From an uncultured bacterium (GTDB taxonomy: Bacteria; Chlamydiota; Chlamydiia; Chlamydiales; FEN-1388), in the NCBI GenBank assembly GCA_964512205.1, contig CAZEGK010000001.1:68770-132769 (forward strand): a stretch of DNA of 64,000 nucleotides, given 5' to 3'. Each line of letters begins with the position of its first letter. Positions within the stretch are counted from its first letter, which is position 1. Under the pieces are notes generated by a model. It had not been told where the DNA came from. It searched no databases and was given only the letters and a program-made list of their open reading frames with translations. The translations under genes and the position numbers were made by a program. Positions 17,535 to 28,134 of this stretch are shown in pieces.

Positions 17535-20500
17535 TTACTCTTCAGAAATCCCCTCTAAGAGAGAGATAATTTCTTGACGAGAGAGCTTTTTGACCATCTG
17601 GTGATCGTCAAAGAAGACGACATCCTCTAAGAGCGTGGCTTTTTTCGTAATTAACTCATCTATTCGCTCTTCGATAGAGCCTTTCGTGATCAGTTTAAAG
17701 ACCTGAACGCCCTTCTGCTGGCCAATACGGTGCACGCGGTCTGTCGCCTGGTTTTCACGTGCAGCATTCCACCATCTATCGTAGTGAATGACAATAGATG
17801 CAGGGGTAAGGTCAATACCAAGTCCTGCAGCCTGCAAAGAGCCCAAAAAGATCTTGCAATTGGGATCGTTATGAAAACGGGCTACTTCATCTCCCCTATT
17901 TTTTGTCTGCCCTCGAATTTGGGCATAACCAATGCCATTTTTCTTTAAAAAGAGCTCTATAATATCAAGCATTGCAAGAAACTGCGAAAAGACTACAACC
18001 TTTTGTTCACTCTCCATAGCTTCTTCTATAAGCTCAATAAAGGTATCCCACTTTCCAGACTCATAGCTTTCAAAGTTTGAGACATCTTTAAGATAGGCTG
18101 CCGGATGGTTGCATATCTGCTTAAGCGCTGAAAGAACAGCGAAAATATGCATATAGGGAATAGGGGCATCCTCTTCCTTCAACTGCCGAATAAGCGGTAA
18201 AATATCGCGAGATGCTACGCTTCGATAGAGATTTCTTTGCTCAGGGGCAAGTTCTGTGTAGGAAAGCTCTTCGGTCTTTTCGGGAAGGTCGGGCAAAACA
18301 TCTTTCTTTCTTCTTCTTAAGATAAAAGGCCGTACAAAGCGAGAAAGCAGCTCTTTTCGCTTTGGCGTATCACCTCGCTCTATCGGACGCATAAAAAACT
18401 CTCTATACTCCTGATCGTGAGGCATATAGCCCGGCAAGACAAGGTCAAAAAGCGCCTTTAGCTCTCTAAGATGATTTTCAATAGGTGTACCAGTCAGTCC
18501 TACCTTAAGTGAAGCATCTATCTGCAAGAGCGCCGTATGGATCTGGCTCACATGGTTCTTTGCAATCTGCAGCTCATCAAAGAAGGCAGCATCGTAGTGA
18601 TACTTACATATCTCTTTTGTCTCGTTACGGAAAATCCCATAACTTACGAGCAAAAGGTCATACTCTTCGGGAAATTGAGCAAGAGAGCGCTGCATCCCCA
18701 CGTAGCTTTTGATGCGAAAATCTGGCAGGAATCGCTTTAACTTATCTTCCCAGTGATAGATTAAGCTCGTTGGACAGACTACAAGAAAGAGGCTCTTTTT
18801 ACCCTCTTTCTTCATAAAGGTCCGCACACCATCCATAAGAGCCATTGCCTGGTGGGTTTTACCGACGCCCATATCATCGCAAAGAAGGCCAGAAAGTCCG
18901 TTTTGGTATAAATACCAAAGCCAGTCCACCCCATTTTTTTGGTATGGCCTAAGCGTGCAATCTAGCGTTGCAAATTGGATCTCTTCTGGAGTTTTTTGGG
19001 TAAGGAGCCTCTCAAGGAGCTGCTTAAATCCCCCTTGTCCCTTTTCATCAACATGAATTGTATCATAGGCGGAAATGCGAAGCAGATCTTGGGGGGTGAA
19101 GTCTTGAACATTTTTGCTATTTTTTACGTTATCGAGCCAGCGGAATCTATCGTCAGATAGGTCTACCCACCCTGCATCTGTAGGAAAAAAACGCTCATTT
19201 TTTTTCTTTGCTGCGATAAGGTCTTTGACGCTCACACTTCCCTTGCTGCCTTCCCAAGAGACTTGAAGTGAATGGAGGTTCCCTTGAGATTTTAGCGGCG
19301 CCACTGTAAGAAGAAGCTCCTCTGCCCGCTCAAGCCTTGGATCTACTCTGCACGAGTAGTCAGTGCGAAGTTTTGGCAGCTCCTCCTGAAAAAAATGAGC
19401 CCACGCATCTCGATCTTCCGCAGACACTTCTCGAGAAAGTGTCATTGGTCGCATACCCTGAGGCATACGGTAAAAGCCTTTTTCCGGGATATAGACAAAC
19501 TCGTCATAGAAAAAGGAGCGCTTTGCATCCTTTGGATCTTTCCACGTATATTCGGGAATAATTTCGACAATATGTGTCTTCTTAAGCCAGATTTTAAGCC
19601 CTACGCTTTCTATCGGAAGCTCTTCAGAAAAGAAGCCTGGGACATTTACCAAAAGATCATTATGATGCCTGATGTATTCTGCCACAAGATGATGCGGAAT
19701 CTCCCTTCCTAGCAAGATAGGAGGATTATCTTCTGTAAAATTTTTCACATAAAAGCCATCGCCTTCTACGTAGAGCCAGTCGCCAAGTTCGATACACTTT
19801 TTTGTAGATGGAAGCTTTTGAAGGACAGAGCGGAAGATAAGATTGCCCCTAGCATCTACTTCATAGAGAATCTGCTCTTCAAGCTTTGCAACATGAACCA
19901 AAAAGCCAGGATGCTCTCCAAGCCAGAGCCTATTTGCAAGTAAAAATGCCGGAAGATCTTTCTTATTTATAAGGTTTTTGAGTTTTTCAAACTTTCGAGG
20001 GGCAAGTTTTATGAGTCTCTTATTATATAAGATCCAGTCGCCATAAAGTTTTCCGCCCGGAAATTCAAGTGCCTCGATATGCAGGTTTGCTTTTTTATCA
20101 AATGAAATTGAGTAGGAAAGCGTATGAGGCGTCTCATCAAAGGGGATATTGAGATGATCTTTAAGAAGCGAAATGTCTATATCATCCGGAAGCTCGCCCC
20201 GTTCAAAAAGCTCTACAAGCTCTGCTATATCAGTGGGGGCTTCAACCGGAACGCGGGTATGTATGACAAAATCTCGTACGCTAATTGCATCTTTTGAGAC
20301 CTTGCATTCCTCTTGATGGGTAAAGAGCCACTTTGCAATGTCTGAGAAAAATGAAAGTTCATAGCGAAGGTGAAGCGTAGGCCTTCCTGTTCGATAGAGC
20401 TCTAATTCATCCTCTGAGAGATTTGAAAACTTGATGGAATTTTCTTCCGTTTCCTCAGGCTTTGCTTTAGTAAATTTTTTAAAAAACTCGATATTTCCCG

Positions 20501-20918
20501 TTACAGAAAAGAGCAGATCCCCCTCTTCTGTGAGGATTTTAAGCTCATTTTGTCCCTCTTCGATCTTTGGAGGCCTTGTCCCAAGCTTTTCTTGCAGCTG
20601 CAAAAAGAGGCTGTTAAAGGGGCTTTTTTCAAAGAGAAGATGGAGCGGTTTTCGATGTTTTTCGAGAACATAGAGGCATGCTGCTGCCATATGGCTGCAG
20701 GCGCCTTTTTCGGTAGACTCCTCACAACTACAGAAGAGATCCTTTATCTTTTCGCGCTCATCAAACTGCAAAAAGACCCATAAGGGATCTGTAAAATGGG
20801 GATCAAGCACCTCTACCTGGTAGGTGGGCCCAGAAAATTGGAGCCCACTCACCTTGAGGGTTTGACCGAGCGTTCTATACGGTTCTAGAAAATCGGGGTA
20901 TGCGTTATAAACATTCAT
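17535..20918 (-). CDS. SWIM zinc-finger / SNF2-family helicase
   Basis: N-terminal SWIM motif CSCEESTEKGACSH. SNF2 motifs LCDDMGVGKTHQ, FDELQIAKN and GTPIENHL are present, plus the helicase-C QATDRVHRIGQ. Confidence 0.9.
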   Translation of the reverse strand: MNVYNAYPDFLEPYRTLGQTLKVSGLQFSGPTYQVEVLDPHFTDPLWVFLQFDEREKIKDLFCSCEESTEKGACSHMAAACLYVLEKHRKPLHLLFEKSPFNSLFLQLQEKLGTRPPKIEEGQNELKILTEEGDLLFSVTGNIEFFKKFTKAKPEETEENSIKFSNLSEDELELYRTGRPTLHLRYELSFFSDIAKWLFTHQEECKVSKDAISVRDFVIHTRVPVEAPTDIAELVELFERGELPDDIDISLLKDHLNIPFDETPHTLSYSISFDKKANLHIEALEFPGGKLYGDWILYNKRLIKLAPRKFEKLKNLINKKDLPAFLLANRLWLGEHPGFLVHVAKLEEQILYEVDARGNLIFRSVLQKLPSTKKCIELGDWLYVEGDGFYVKNFTEDNPPILLGREIPHHLVAEYIRHHNDLLVNVPGFFSEELPIESVGLKIWLKKTHIVEIIPEYTWKDPKDAKRSFFYDEFVYIPEKGFYRMPQGMRPMTLSREVSAEDRDAWAHFFQEELPKLRTDYSCRVDPRLERAEELLLTVAPLKSQGNLHSLQVSWEGSKGSVSVKDLIAAKKKNERFFPTDAGWVDLSDDRFRWLDNVKNSKNVQDFTPQDLLRISAYDTIHVDEKGQGGFKQLLERLLTQKTPEEIQFATLDCTLRPYQKNGVDWLWYLYQNGLSGLLCDDMGVGKTHQAMALMDGVRTFMKKEGKKSLFLVVCPTSLIYHWEDKLKRFLPDFRIKSYVGMQRSLAQFPEEYDLLLVSYGIFRNETKEICKYHYDAAFFDELQIAKNHVSQIHTALLQIDASLKVGLTGTPIENHLRELKALFDLVLPGYMPHDQEYREFFMRPIERGDTPKRKELLSRFVRPFILRRRKKDVLPDLPEKTEELSYTELAPEQRNLYRSVASRDILPLIRQLKEEDAPIPYMHIFAVLSALKQICNHPAAYLKDVSNFESYESGKWDTFIELIEEAMESEQKVVVFSQFLAMLDIIELFLKKNGIGYAQIRGQTKNRGDEVARFHNDPNCKIFLGSLQAAGLGIDLTPASIVIHYDRWWNAARENQATDRVHRIGQQKGVQVFKLITKGSIEERIDELITKKATLLEDVVFFDDHQMVKKLSRQEIISLLEGISEE

Positions 20919-22035
20919 CTACTGAATGATACTCTAGACCGAGATCATGTGCAACAGCTGGATGTGTAACCTTTCCTAGGCATACGTTAAGGCCATTTTT
21001 TAGACCCGGATCTTCACGAAGTGCCGCTTTGTAGCCTTTATTTGCAATTCGAAGCGCATAGCTCATGGTAGCATTTGTAAGTGCTTGTGTCGATGTTCGA
21101 GCACAGGCGCCTGGCATGTTAGGTACGCAGTAGTGAAGGACTCCATCTACTACATATGTTGGCTCTGAGTGTGATGTTGGCCTTGACGTCTCAGCGCAGC
21201 CGCCTTGGTCAATGGCAACGTCCACAATAACAGTTCCCGGACTCATCAACTTAAGATGCTCTTTTCTGATAAGCTTAGGAGCTAGCTTGCCTGGGATAAG
21301 TACAGCACCAACGATAAGGTCAGCTGATCTAAAATTCTCCTCGAGAGAAGCTGGAGATGAATAAATCGTCTTAAGGCGCGGACCATAGAGTGCATCTAGT
21401 GCACGGAGGCGATTGAGGTTTGTATCAAGCACTGTAACATCGGCTCCAAGACCAAGGGCCATGCGAAGGGATTCTGTTCCCACAACACCGCCGCCGATGA
21501 CTACAACCTTTCCTTGCGATACGCCCGGAACGCCGCCAAGAAGAATGCCTTTTCCGCCATTTGCAATTTGCAAGGCAGTAGCACCTGCCTGGATAGCGAT
21601 ACGGCCGGCAATTTCACTCATAGGGGTAAGAAGTGGAAGTCTTCCTTCTGGATCGGTAACTGTTTCATACGCAATGCCAATGACGCCTCTCTCGAGCAAG
21701 GCTTTAGTCTGCTCAGGATCTGGAGCTAAGTGGAGGTAGGTAAAGAGGATCTGCCCTTCTCTAAGAAGTGGATATTCAGCAGGTTGCGGCTCTTTTACTT
21801 TGATGATCATATCAGCTTTCTTATAGACTTCTTCTTTGGAGCCTACAACCTCTGCACCTGATTTTTGGTATAATTCATCTGTGAAACCAATTTTTGCACC
21901 TGCCATAGTCTCAACAAGGACCTTGTGGCCATTTGCGACGAGCAGAGCTACAACAGCAGGAGTTGCCCCGACACGATACTCGTGATTCTTAATTTCCTTC
22001 GGCACTCCGACGACAATTGATTTTTTTTCTACCAT
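20905..22035 (-). CDS. ald: alanine dehydrogenase
   Basis: N-terminus VGVPKEIKNHEYRVGATP, Rossmann motif VVVIGGGVVGT, and HYCVPNMPG. The 3' end overlaps the SNF2 start by 14 nt. Confidence 0.9.
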   Translation of the reverse strand: MVEKKSIVVGVPKEIKNHEYRVGATPAVVALLVANGHKVLVETMAGAKIGFTDELYQKSGAEVVGSKEEVYKKADMIIKVKEPQPAEYPLLREGQILFTYLHLAPDPEQTKALLERGVIGIAYETVTDPEGRLPLLTPMSEIAGRIAIQAGATALQIANGGKGILLGGVPGVSQGKVVVIGGGVVGTESLRMALGLGADVTVLDTNLNRLRALDALYGPRLKTIYSSPASLEENFRSADLIVGAVLIPGKLAPKLIRKEHLKLMSPGTVIVDVAIDQGGCAETSRPTSHSEPTYVVDGVLHYCVPNMPGACARTSTQALTNATMSYALRIANKGYKAALREDPGLKNGLNVCLGKVTHPAVAHDLGLEYHSVDECL

Positions 22036-22155
22036 TTAATACTCCTTATTTGAATAAATTACTATTATACTCTCAAACCCCTTTTTTATTCAACAATTAT
22101 TTGACAAAATTATTATAAAATGTTATTTAAAAAGTGAAGAAAAGGAGAGTTCTTT

Positions 22156-22482
22156 ATGGTCGGCCCCACAGGAGAAAAATCAACCTACCTTGAAAATATA
22201 AAGGACGCATTCAGCAATGTAAAAGAGATGCGAAATAATCCTGCGCTCTCTCCAGAAGCGATAAAGGCTAAGATTACAGGTGAAATTGAGACGGCAAAAA
22301 ATCGCATTAAAACCTCCAAACAAAAAACCATCTCTGCAGAAACAGCAAGAGCAGCACCTGATATTACTGACAAAGAAAAAGCCAATAAAATGCTCTTCAC
22401 TGCAAGAATGAAACTGCTGGCAAACACCATCTTTGCCGGCACCGATGCCATCAAAAACCTTTTCGGGAAAACGCCAGAGTAG
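22156..22482 (+). CDS. small hydrophilic hypothetical protein
   Basis: A strong SD sequence (AAAGGAGAG) ends 7 nt before the ATG, and the upstream region is AT-rich. I recognised no domain. Confidence 0.45.
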   Translation: MVGPTGEKSTYLENIKDAFSNVKEMRNNPALSPEAIKAKITGEIETAKNRIKTSKQKTISAETARAAPDITDKEKANKMLFTARMKLLANTIFAGTDAIKNLFGKTPE

Positions 22483-22500
22483 CTTGCCTCCTGAAATCCA

Positions 22501-25500
22501 TTAGCTAATGAGGATTGCGTCTTGGGGGGACTCGCGGCGTTTGAAGTCGATTGAGATGATTTGGCTTACCCCTTTTTCGGCCATGGAGACGCCGATGAGT
22601 GTATCTGCGATCTGCATGGTCTTTTTGTTGTGGGTAATCACAAGAAATTGTGTGCGATCGCAAAAATGTTTTAAGAGCTTACCAAAGCGCTCGACGTTTG
22701 TTTCATCAAGTGGAGCATCTACTTCGTCTAGGATGCAAAATGGACTTGGACGCACATCAAAGCAGGCAAAAAGAAGTGCAAGAGCTGTAAGCGTTTTTTC
22801 CCCACCGGAGAGGAGCTGCATAGAGCGCATCTGCTTTCCTGGCGGCTTTGCAAAGATATCGACACCGCTACCATTATCCACAAGCACAAGATCTGCTTCC
22901 CCACCCTGAAATAGCGTTTGAAAATGCTTCTGGAATGCAGAGCGCACCTCTTCAAAGGTCTTGCTAAAGGATTTATGGCTCTCCTTTTCAAGTTCCGTGA
23001 TGATCTTGATAAGTTCAGATTCTGCAGACTCAAGGTCGGCAAGCTGGTTCGATAAGAGTGAAAAGCGCTCGCACGCCGCTTCATGCTCTTCTACCGCGAG
23101 AAGGTTTACATTTCTCATTCTCTCATGCTGATTCTTCAGGCGTAGGATTTCTTCCTCAGACGGAATAACTCCCGCATACTGCGAAAGCCCCTCAGGAGGA
23201 GGCTCGCGAAGCGCTGTATCATAGATAATAAGCTGCTCTTGAAGATGCTCGAGCTCTCTTTGTTCACTCGATGTTGATTTGATGTAGGCTTCTTTATTTG
23301 CCTGGAGCTCTTCTATCTGCTTTTCTTCTTGCTTAATCTTAGCCTCTAGAGCATCTTGCGCCTCTTTTTTCTCTGAAAGCTCAAGCTTTTTCGCCTCAAG
23401 CTCTTTTGCCTTTTGCTCAAGAAGCTTTGCCGTATCTTGCTTTTTGCCATCAAGGGAGGCTCTCTCTTCGCGGATGGTCTTTTGAAGCTTTAATTCCTGC
23501 TCGAAGCGGCTAGAGACCTCTTTTTTCTGCACCATGAGAAGCTCTAAAGTATGCCTATCCTTCTCTACAGTCTTTACAAGCGTATCATAGAGATAAAATG
23601 ACTTCTGCTTTGTCTCATTTAGTTTGCTTGTCTCTATACGAAGCTCTTTTGCAGCATTTTCACAGGCTGTAAATTCCGCCTCCAAAGTAACAAGCAACTC
23701 TTTTGCAGCTTTAAGCTCATCATCTTTTGTCTTCAGCTGCTCTTTAAGCTTTGTCGAAAGCTCGTGCAAGCTGCTCATCTCACTCTCTTGCTTTTCTACA
23801 TCGCGGAGGATTTCTTGAAGCCTTTTATCTTGCGTGCCAAGTTGGAAGTTGATCTGAACAACCTGCATGTCTGCGCGTCTCATTTCTTGGTCTTCTTTTT
23901 GGACCTCAGCGAGAAGCTTTTGTCTCTTTTCTTCACTAGCCTTTAGCTTAGCCTCTACATCTGTAAATGCAGCCTTTAAAGAGCTAATCTCTTTTTCAAG
24001 ACTCTTCAGCTCTTTAGAGCGAGAGAAGATGCTTTCTCCCTTTGCCTTTTGGGCATGGATAACGCCAAAGCCATCTACATAGTATTTGCCATCGAGCCAG
24101 CTTTCTTTTGTAATCTTTGTAAGGAAGTGATTCTTTAGCTCGTGCGGATCTTTAATGCACATGCGCTCTAAGCAGACAAAAGAGACATCTTGCGCCCTCT
24201 TAAGTGCAAGCTCAAGGTCTTCATTTGTAAAGACTAAAAGGCTAGCATCATAGAGCCTTCCTAAAAGCTCATGCTCAAGGTTTACAAAGTCTGCAAGCGG
24301 CATCACCTTGCCAAAGAGCTCAGATCCTGGCTTTTTTGCTTCCTGGAGGAGGGTCTTTGCACTTGATGTATAGCCCTCCATCTGGCTTGCAAGCGAGGAT
24401 AGTGCTTTAAAGCGAGCCTCTTTTTCGTAGAGCTGCTCTTTTATTTTTCCAAGCTCTCCTTTTGATCCTTCAACCTCTTGCACAACTTCTTTATGAAGGA
24501 GCGACACCTTTTCAAGCGCCGCTTTATGGGTATCAACTAATGAAAGGGCATTTTTAAGCTCTTTTCGCTTTTGATCGGCTTCTGCTTCATGCGCATTTTT
24601 GAGGGCTTCGAACTTTTCTTTTTGCTGCCTTCTCTCCGCCACCTTCTCTTTTGCCACTTCTTCAGCAAGCTGCGTTTTCTTAAGATCAGATTCTTTTGCT
24701 TGCATGCTGCTTTGCAGCGAAAAGCGCTTTTGATAAAAGTTCTTTAAATTAGTCTCATGAGTCTCGAGGGATTGAAAGCTCTTTTGCCAGTCAGTAAAGG
24801 CACGATCTTTTTTGTCTTTCAGCTCGCTAAGTTCCTTTTCCTTTTTTGCAAGCTCAGCTTCGAGGAGATTTTTTTGCTCATCTATTGATTTGAGGCGCAA
24901 TTCGAAGGAGGAAAGCTGACTTGTAGAGTCCTTTTCTTGCGAAGAGAGCGTCCCCTTCTTTTCTTCGCAAAAATCGATATCCTTTTTAATCGCTTCAAGT
25001 GATCGCTCAAGGATATGGCATGCATCAGAGAGCTCTAAATAAGCCTTTTGCGATACTTTAAAGCGCTCTTTTTTCTCTTGCTGCTCGCTTTTAAGGAGCG
25101 TCTCTTTTTCTTGCGCTTCCTTAAGCTGACCCTCAGAATTTTTTGCCCTAATCGATACTGTCTTGCACGCGCTCTTTAGCTCGCTAAACTTTGCCTCTGC
25201 TAAAAGCCTTTCATAGCAGGCAAGCTTTGTTCTAATCTCTTGAAATCGCTTTGCGTCATTTGCCTGTTTTTCGAGGGTCTTTTTTTGGGTCTCTACTTCT
25301 GCAAGTATATCTTTTGCTCGGGAGACATTTGCTTTTGAAAGCTCAAGCTTTCTTTCGCTCTCTTTTCGTTTAATAAGAAAATGGGAGATCCCTGCAACCA
25401 CCTCAAAAAGCGATCTTCTATCTTGTGGGCTTTGGCTGATGATTTCAGCCACTTTTCCCTGGCCAATAACCGCAAAGGCCTCTTTACCTACACCCGTATG

Positions 25501-25887
25501 GGCTAAAAGCTCTTGGATATCCTTAAGGCGAACAGCTTGTTTGTTGATGAGATACTCAGAATCGCCATTGCTATAGAGCCTGCGAGTAATCGCAACTTCT
25601 TGATATTCGATAGGAAGCAGGCCATTTTCGTTGGAAAGAACGACCGTAACCTCTGCCATATTGTGGGCTTTTCGCTTTAATGATCCGGCAAAGATCACAT
25701 CTTGCATCGAGGAGGCGCGAAGCGTCTTTGCAGACTGCTGCCCAAGTGCCCATAAAAAGGCATCAACAATATTTGATTTTCCACAGCCATTTGGACCAAC
25801 AATAGCATTTATGCCTTCACAGAAGGCTATGCGTATGAATTCAGCAAATGACTTAAATCCAACGATTTTAATTTCTTTAAGGCCCAT
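22501..25887 (-). CDS. smc: chromosome partition protein SMC
   Basis: Walker A GPNGCGKSN, long Glu/Lys-rich coiled coils, a hinge region, signature LSGGEKTLTALALLFA, and Walker B FCILDEVDAPLD. Confidence 0.9.
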   Translation of the reverse strand: MGLKEIKIVGFKSFAEFIRIAFCEGINAIVGPNGCGKSNIVDAFLWALGQQSAKTLRASSMQDVIFAGSLKRKAHNMAEVTVVLSNENGLLPIEYQEVAITRRLYSNGDSEYLINKQAVRLKDIQELLAHTGVGKEAFAVIGQGKVAEIISQSPQDRRSLFEVVAGISHFLIKRKESERKLELSKANVSRAKDILAEVETQKKTLEKQANDAKRFQEIRTKLACYERLLAEAKFSELKSACKTVSIRAKNSEGQLKEAQEKETLLKSEQQEKKERFKVSQKAYLELSDACHILERSLEAIKKDIDFCEEKKGTLSSQEKDSTSQLSSFELRLKSIDEQKNLLEAELAKKEKELSELKDKKDRAFTDWQKSFQSLETHETNLKNFYQKRFSLQSSMQAKESDLKKTQLAEEVAKEKVAERRQQKEKFEALKNAHEAEADQKRKELKNALSLVDTHKAALEKVSLLHKEVVQEVEGSKGELGKIKEQLYEKEARFKALSSLASQMEGYTSSAKTLLQEAKKPGSELFGKVMPLADFVNLEHELLGRLYDASLLVFTNEDLELALKRAQDVSFVCLERMCIKDPHELKNHFLTKITKESWLDGKYYVDGFGVIHAQKAKGESIFSRSKELKSLEKEISSLKAAFTDVEAKLKASEEKRQKLLAEVQKEDQEMRRADMQVVQINFQLGTQDKRLQEILRDVEKQESEMSSLHELSTKLKEQLKTKDDELKAAKELLVTLEAEFTACENAAKELRIETSKLNETKQKSFYLYDTLVKTVEKDRHTLELLMVQKKEVSSRFEQELKLQKTIREERASLDGKKQDTAKLLEQKAKELEAKKLELSEKKEAQDALEAKIKQEEKQIEELQANKEAYIKSTSSEQRELEHLQEQLIIYDTALREPPPEGLSQYAGVIPSEEEILRLKNQHERMRNVNLLAVEEHEAACERFSLLSNQLADLESAESELIKIITELEKESHKSFSKTFEEVRSAFQKHFQTLFQGGEADLVLVDNGSGVDIFAKPPGKQMRSMQLLSGGEKTLTALALLFACFDVRPSPFCILDEVDAPLDETNVERFGKLLKHFCDRTQFLVITHNKKTMQIADTLIGVSMAEKGVSQIISIDFKRRESPQDAILIS

Positions 25888-25902
25888 AGAGATAAAATGA
25901 TA

Positions 25903-28134
25903 CTATAATTTTATAATACTTGCAACTATCTCTACAAACTCACCCTTGCCTACGGAGCAAGCCATTAAGTAGAGACCTTCTGTAAGCGGTGTCTCATTAT
26001 TAATTTTTTCTTTAATAAATGCCGGATCTTTAGTTCTCGCAAGCTCCTTGCCGCACTCCCAGAAAAGCCGAACATCTTTTTGTATCCTCTTATACACGTC
26101 TGCGAGTTTTCTAAGCGATTCGATTTCATGGGTAGATAGCCTATTTTTCTGCAAAAAGGTAGCGCACTGGGCCTCAATATCAGTGCTCAGCACCTCCTCA
26201 ATCAGCACAAGAAAGTTTTCATATTCTTTCTTTTTCTCACAAAAAAGCTCCTCTACCTTTTGCCAAAACCTCTCTGCAAGCGCCTCTTTTGATTGAGCAA
26301 TAAGCTGAAGTCCATCTCGAAGGCTTTTGATATGAGCGCTCAAATCATTATCATTCCAGGGAAGAGCGGTCTTTGTGTATCTGCCTTTTGGAGAGATGAG
26401 ATAGTCTGTGAGATAGAGAAGGAGCACAAAATTTTGCGACCGCTCGATAAATTGATCCATTCCAACAAAAAAATGTGTCGGAAATTCTCCATCCGGAAAG
26501 CGGGAGCCTGAAAGATGGTAAGAAGGCTTTAGGAAAAAGTGTCCTACAGCCATGGAAAGGTAGTGGTTTTCCTCATTACCCTGTGGAAGGTTGAGACAGA
26601 TCTTTGGCCTGAGCACACTCTCTGACATGCCTGTAAGTGTTTGGTAGTCGATCCATAAGGGATAAAATGTAGTCTTTTCTGGAGAGGTAAGAAAGACATT
26701 AAGACCCCAATAAAAGAGGTTATACTTAGATGCCCTCCCAAGCTGATAGCCAACGCATCCTACTGGCTGATCTTTCCAGACCTTTCTAAATAGCGCCTCC
26801 GATAGGATATTTGTATCAGAAATAAACATATCATCATCTACGATGTAGAGCAGCTCATCAAGGCCATTTTCCAAAAGAAGGCGCTTTACTTGCTCATCTG
26901 AAAGACTAAGAAGCTCATCTACAGAATGACGCGCAAGAAGACCTGACAAAAGAAACTGGCAGTTTCTTCCACCTCCATAACCAAAAGAGCCGCTAGGGTG
27001 CGTTTCAAGGAGCTTTTCTGCTCCAAATTTTTTTGCAATCTGATAGGCTTCATCTTTTGAAACATGGATAATCGGCGCATCTAATGTGGCAATGTACTGG
27101 CTATTTTTTTCAAAAAGTGCGCTACCTGATTGATCATAGACTATGATTGGAGTCTTCTCCGTCAAAAAGCGCTTATAGCCATCTCTAATTGTTTGAAGGG
27201 CAAAGTGCTTCGAAAGGTCTTTATTGTAGGTAGCGATTGCAGGGATACATCCCCTTTCGCATCCAGTCGATGCAATGTGCTCAATAATTGCAAAAACAAA
27301 GGAAAGTATCGACTGCAGATCATCTCGCATCAGTGATGCGATCGATCTTCTAATGCCTATAAGGCCTGAGACGATCATATCGATGTTTTTACACTTTTCT
27401 ACAAGAGAGGCGGGCTCACTAAATGCATCTTTATAGATTGAGGGATATCCGCTAAGCCCAAATGTTTTTGTAAACTTCTCAAAATCTTCAAGACTATAGC
27501 TTTTGTTGACAAAGGGTTTAAATCCCCTCCGTACAATCTCCTGCTGACGCGTTGCGATTTTGCGCTCTTCATCTGTTCTTGCAACCTCAAGAAGCCCCTT
27601 ATAAATGGCCTCTGTATTTGATATAAGATTTTTTACAAGTGAGCTAAAGTACGTATAAAACTCCCGTGTCTCAAAAGCGGCACGCTCTTCAAGAGCCTTT
27701 TCTATCTCGTCTAAGGGTAGATCGAGCGCTACAAGCCTTGCAAACTCTTCAAGATTGTAGTATTCGCGAACGAGATAATCGATAAGTGTAAAAAAGCGCT
27801 TTTCATATGCCTTTAGCAAAATAAATGTACCCTCTCGCTTATGAGAAAAGAGATAGCTTAAAAGTTTAAGCTTTTCAGATTCCGTATAGTGAGAAAGATC
27901 CACATGCCCCTTTTCGGCATATATTTGTGGCAGTAAATACTTGCTAAAGCGCTCCTCTTTAATATCTCCAAAGTAGAGTCCATAAAAGATCTCTGTAAGT
28001 ACCTTCTTTGTTACAGCATCGTCTGCTCTATGATCGTCAAAAGGAGCATGTAGCAGCTCGCTGAGAACCTCTTTTGCTGTAGCGATAGGATCATGAGCAT
28101 CTCGAAAGTAGTCTGTAAGTCTTCTTATGTCCAT
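25903..28134 (-). CDS. large hypothetical protein with possible GT-A-like (DxD) glycosyltransferase core
   Basis: 743 codons with no TM segment. A central region (PIIVYDQSG..FGYGGGRNCQFLL..LLYIVDDDMFISD) is reminiscent of DxD nucleotide-sugar transferases. Its start overlaps the end of the upstream GT4 gene by 10 nt, so the two look like an operon. Confidence 0.4.
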   Translation of the reverse strand: MDIRRLTDYFRDAHDPIATAKEVLSELLHAPFDDHRADDAVTKKVLTEIFYGLYFGDIKEERFSKYLLPQIYAEKGHVDLSHYTESEKLKLLSYLFSHKREGTFILLKAYEKRFFTLIDYLVREYYNLEEFARLVALDLPLDEIEKALEERAAFETREFYTYFSSLVKNLISNTEAIYKGLLEVARTDEERKIATRQQEIVRRGFKPFVNKSYSLEDFEKFTKTFGLSGYPSIYKDAFSEPASLVEKCKNIDMIVSGLIGIRRSIASLMRDDLQSILSFVFAIIEHIASTGCERGCIPAIATYNKDLSKHFALQTIRDGYKRFLTEKTPIIVYDQSGSALFEKNSQYIATLDAPIIHVSKDEAYQIAKKFGAEKLLETHPSGSFGYGGGRNCQFLLSGLLARHSVDELLSLSDEQVKRLLLENGLDELLYIVDDDMFISDTNILSEALFRKVWKDQPVGCVGYQLGRASKYNLFYWGLNVFLTSPEKTTFYPLWIDYQTLTGMSESVLRPKICLNLPQGNEENHYLSMAVGHFFLKPSYHLSGSRFPDGEFPTHFFVGMDQFIERSQNFVLLLYLTDYLISPKGRYTKTALPWNDNDLSAHIKSLRDGLQLIAQSKEALAERFWQKVEELFCEKKKEYENFLVLIEEVLSTDIEAQCATFLQKNRLSTHEIESLRKLADVYKRIQKDVRLFWECGKELARTKDPAFIKEKINNETPLTEGLYLMACSVGKGEFVEIVASIIKL

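Noticed and set aside
21413-21739. 108-aa Pro/Thr-rich ORF antisense to ald. Similar short ORFs lie antisense to sctQ, dnaK, smc, the SNF2 gene and the giant protein.
   Set aside because: All are embedded in strongly supported genes on the other strand or frame. None has start-site signals or domain features.
22101-22129. TTGACA box upstream of the small ORF 22156 as a sigma-70 promoter
   Set aside because: The best TATAAA lies only 7 nt from the -35 box. The element at the correct 17-18 nt spacing (TATTTA) is a poor -10 match. It may still be a promoter, but I cannot support it.
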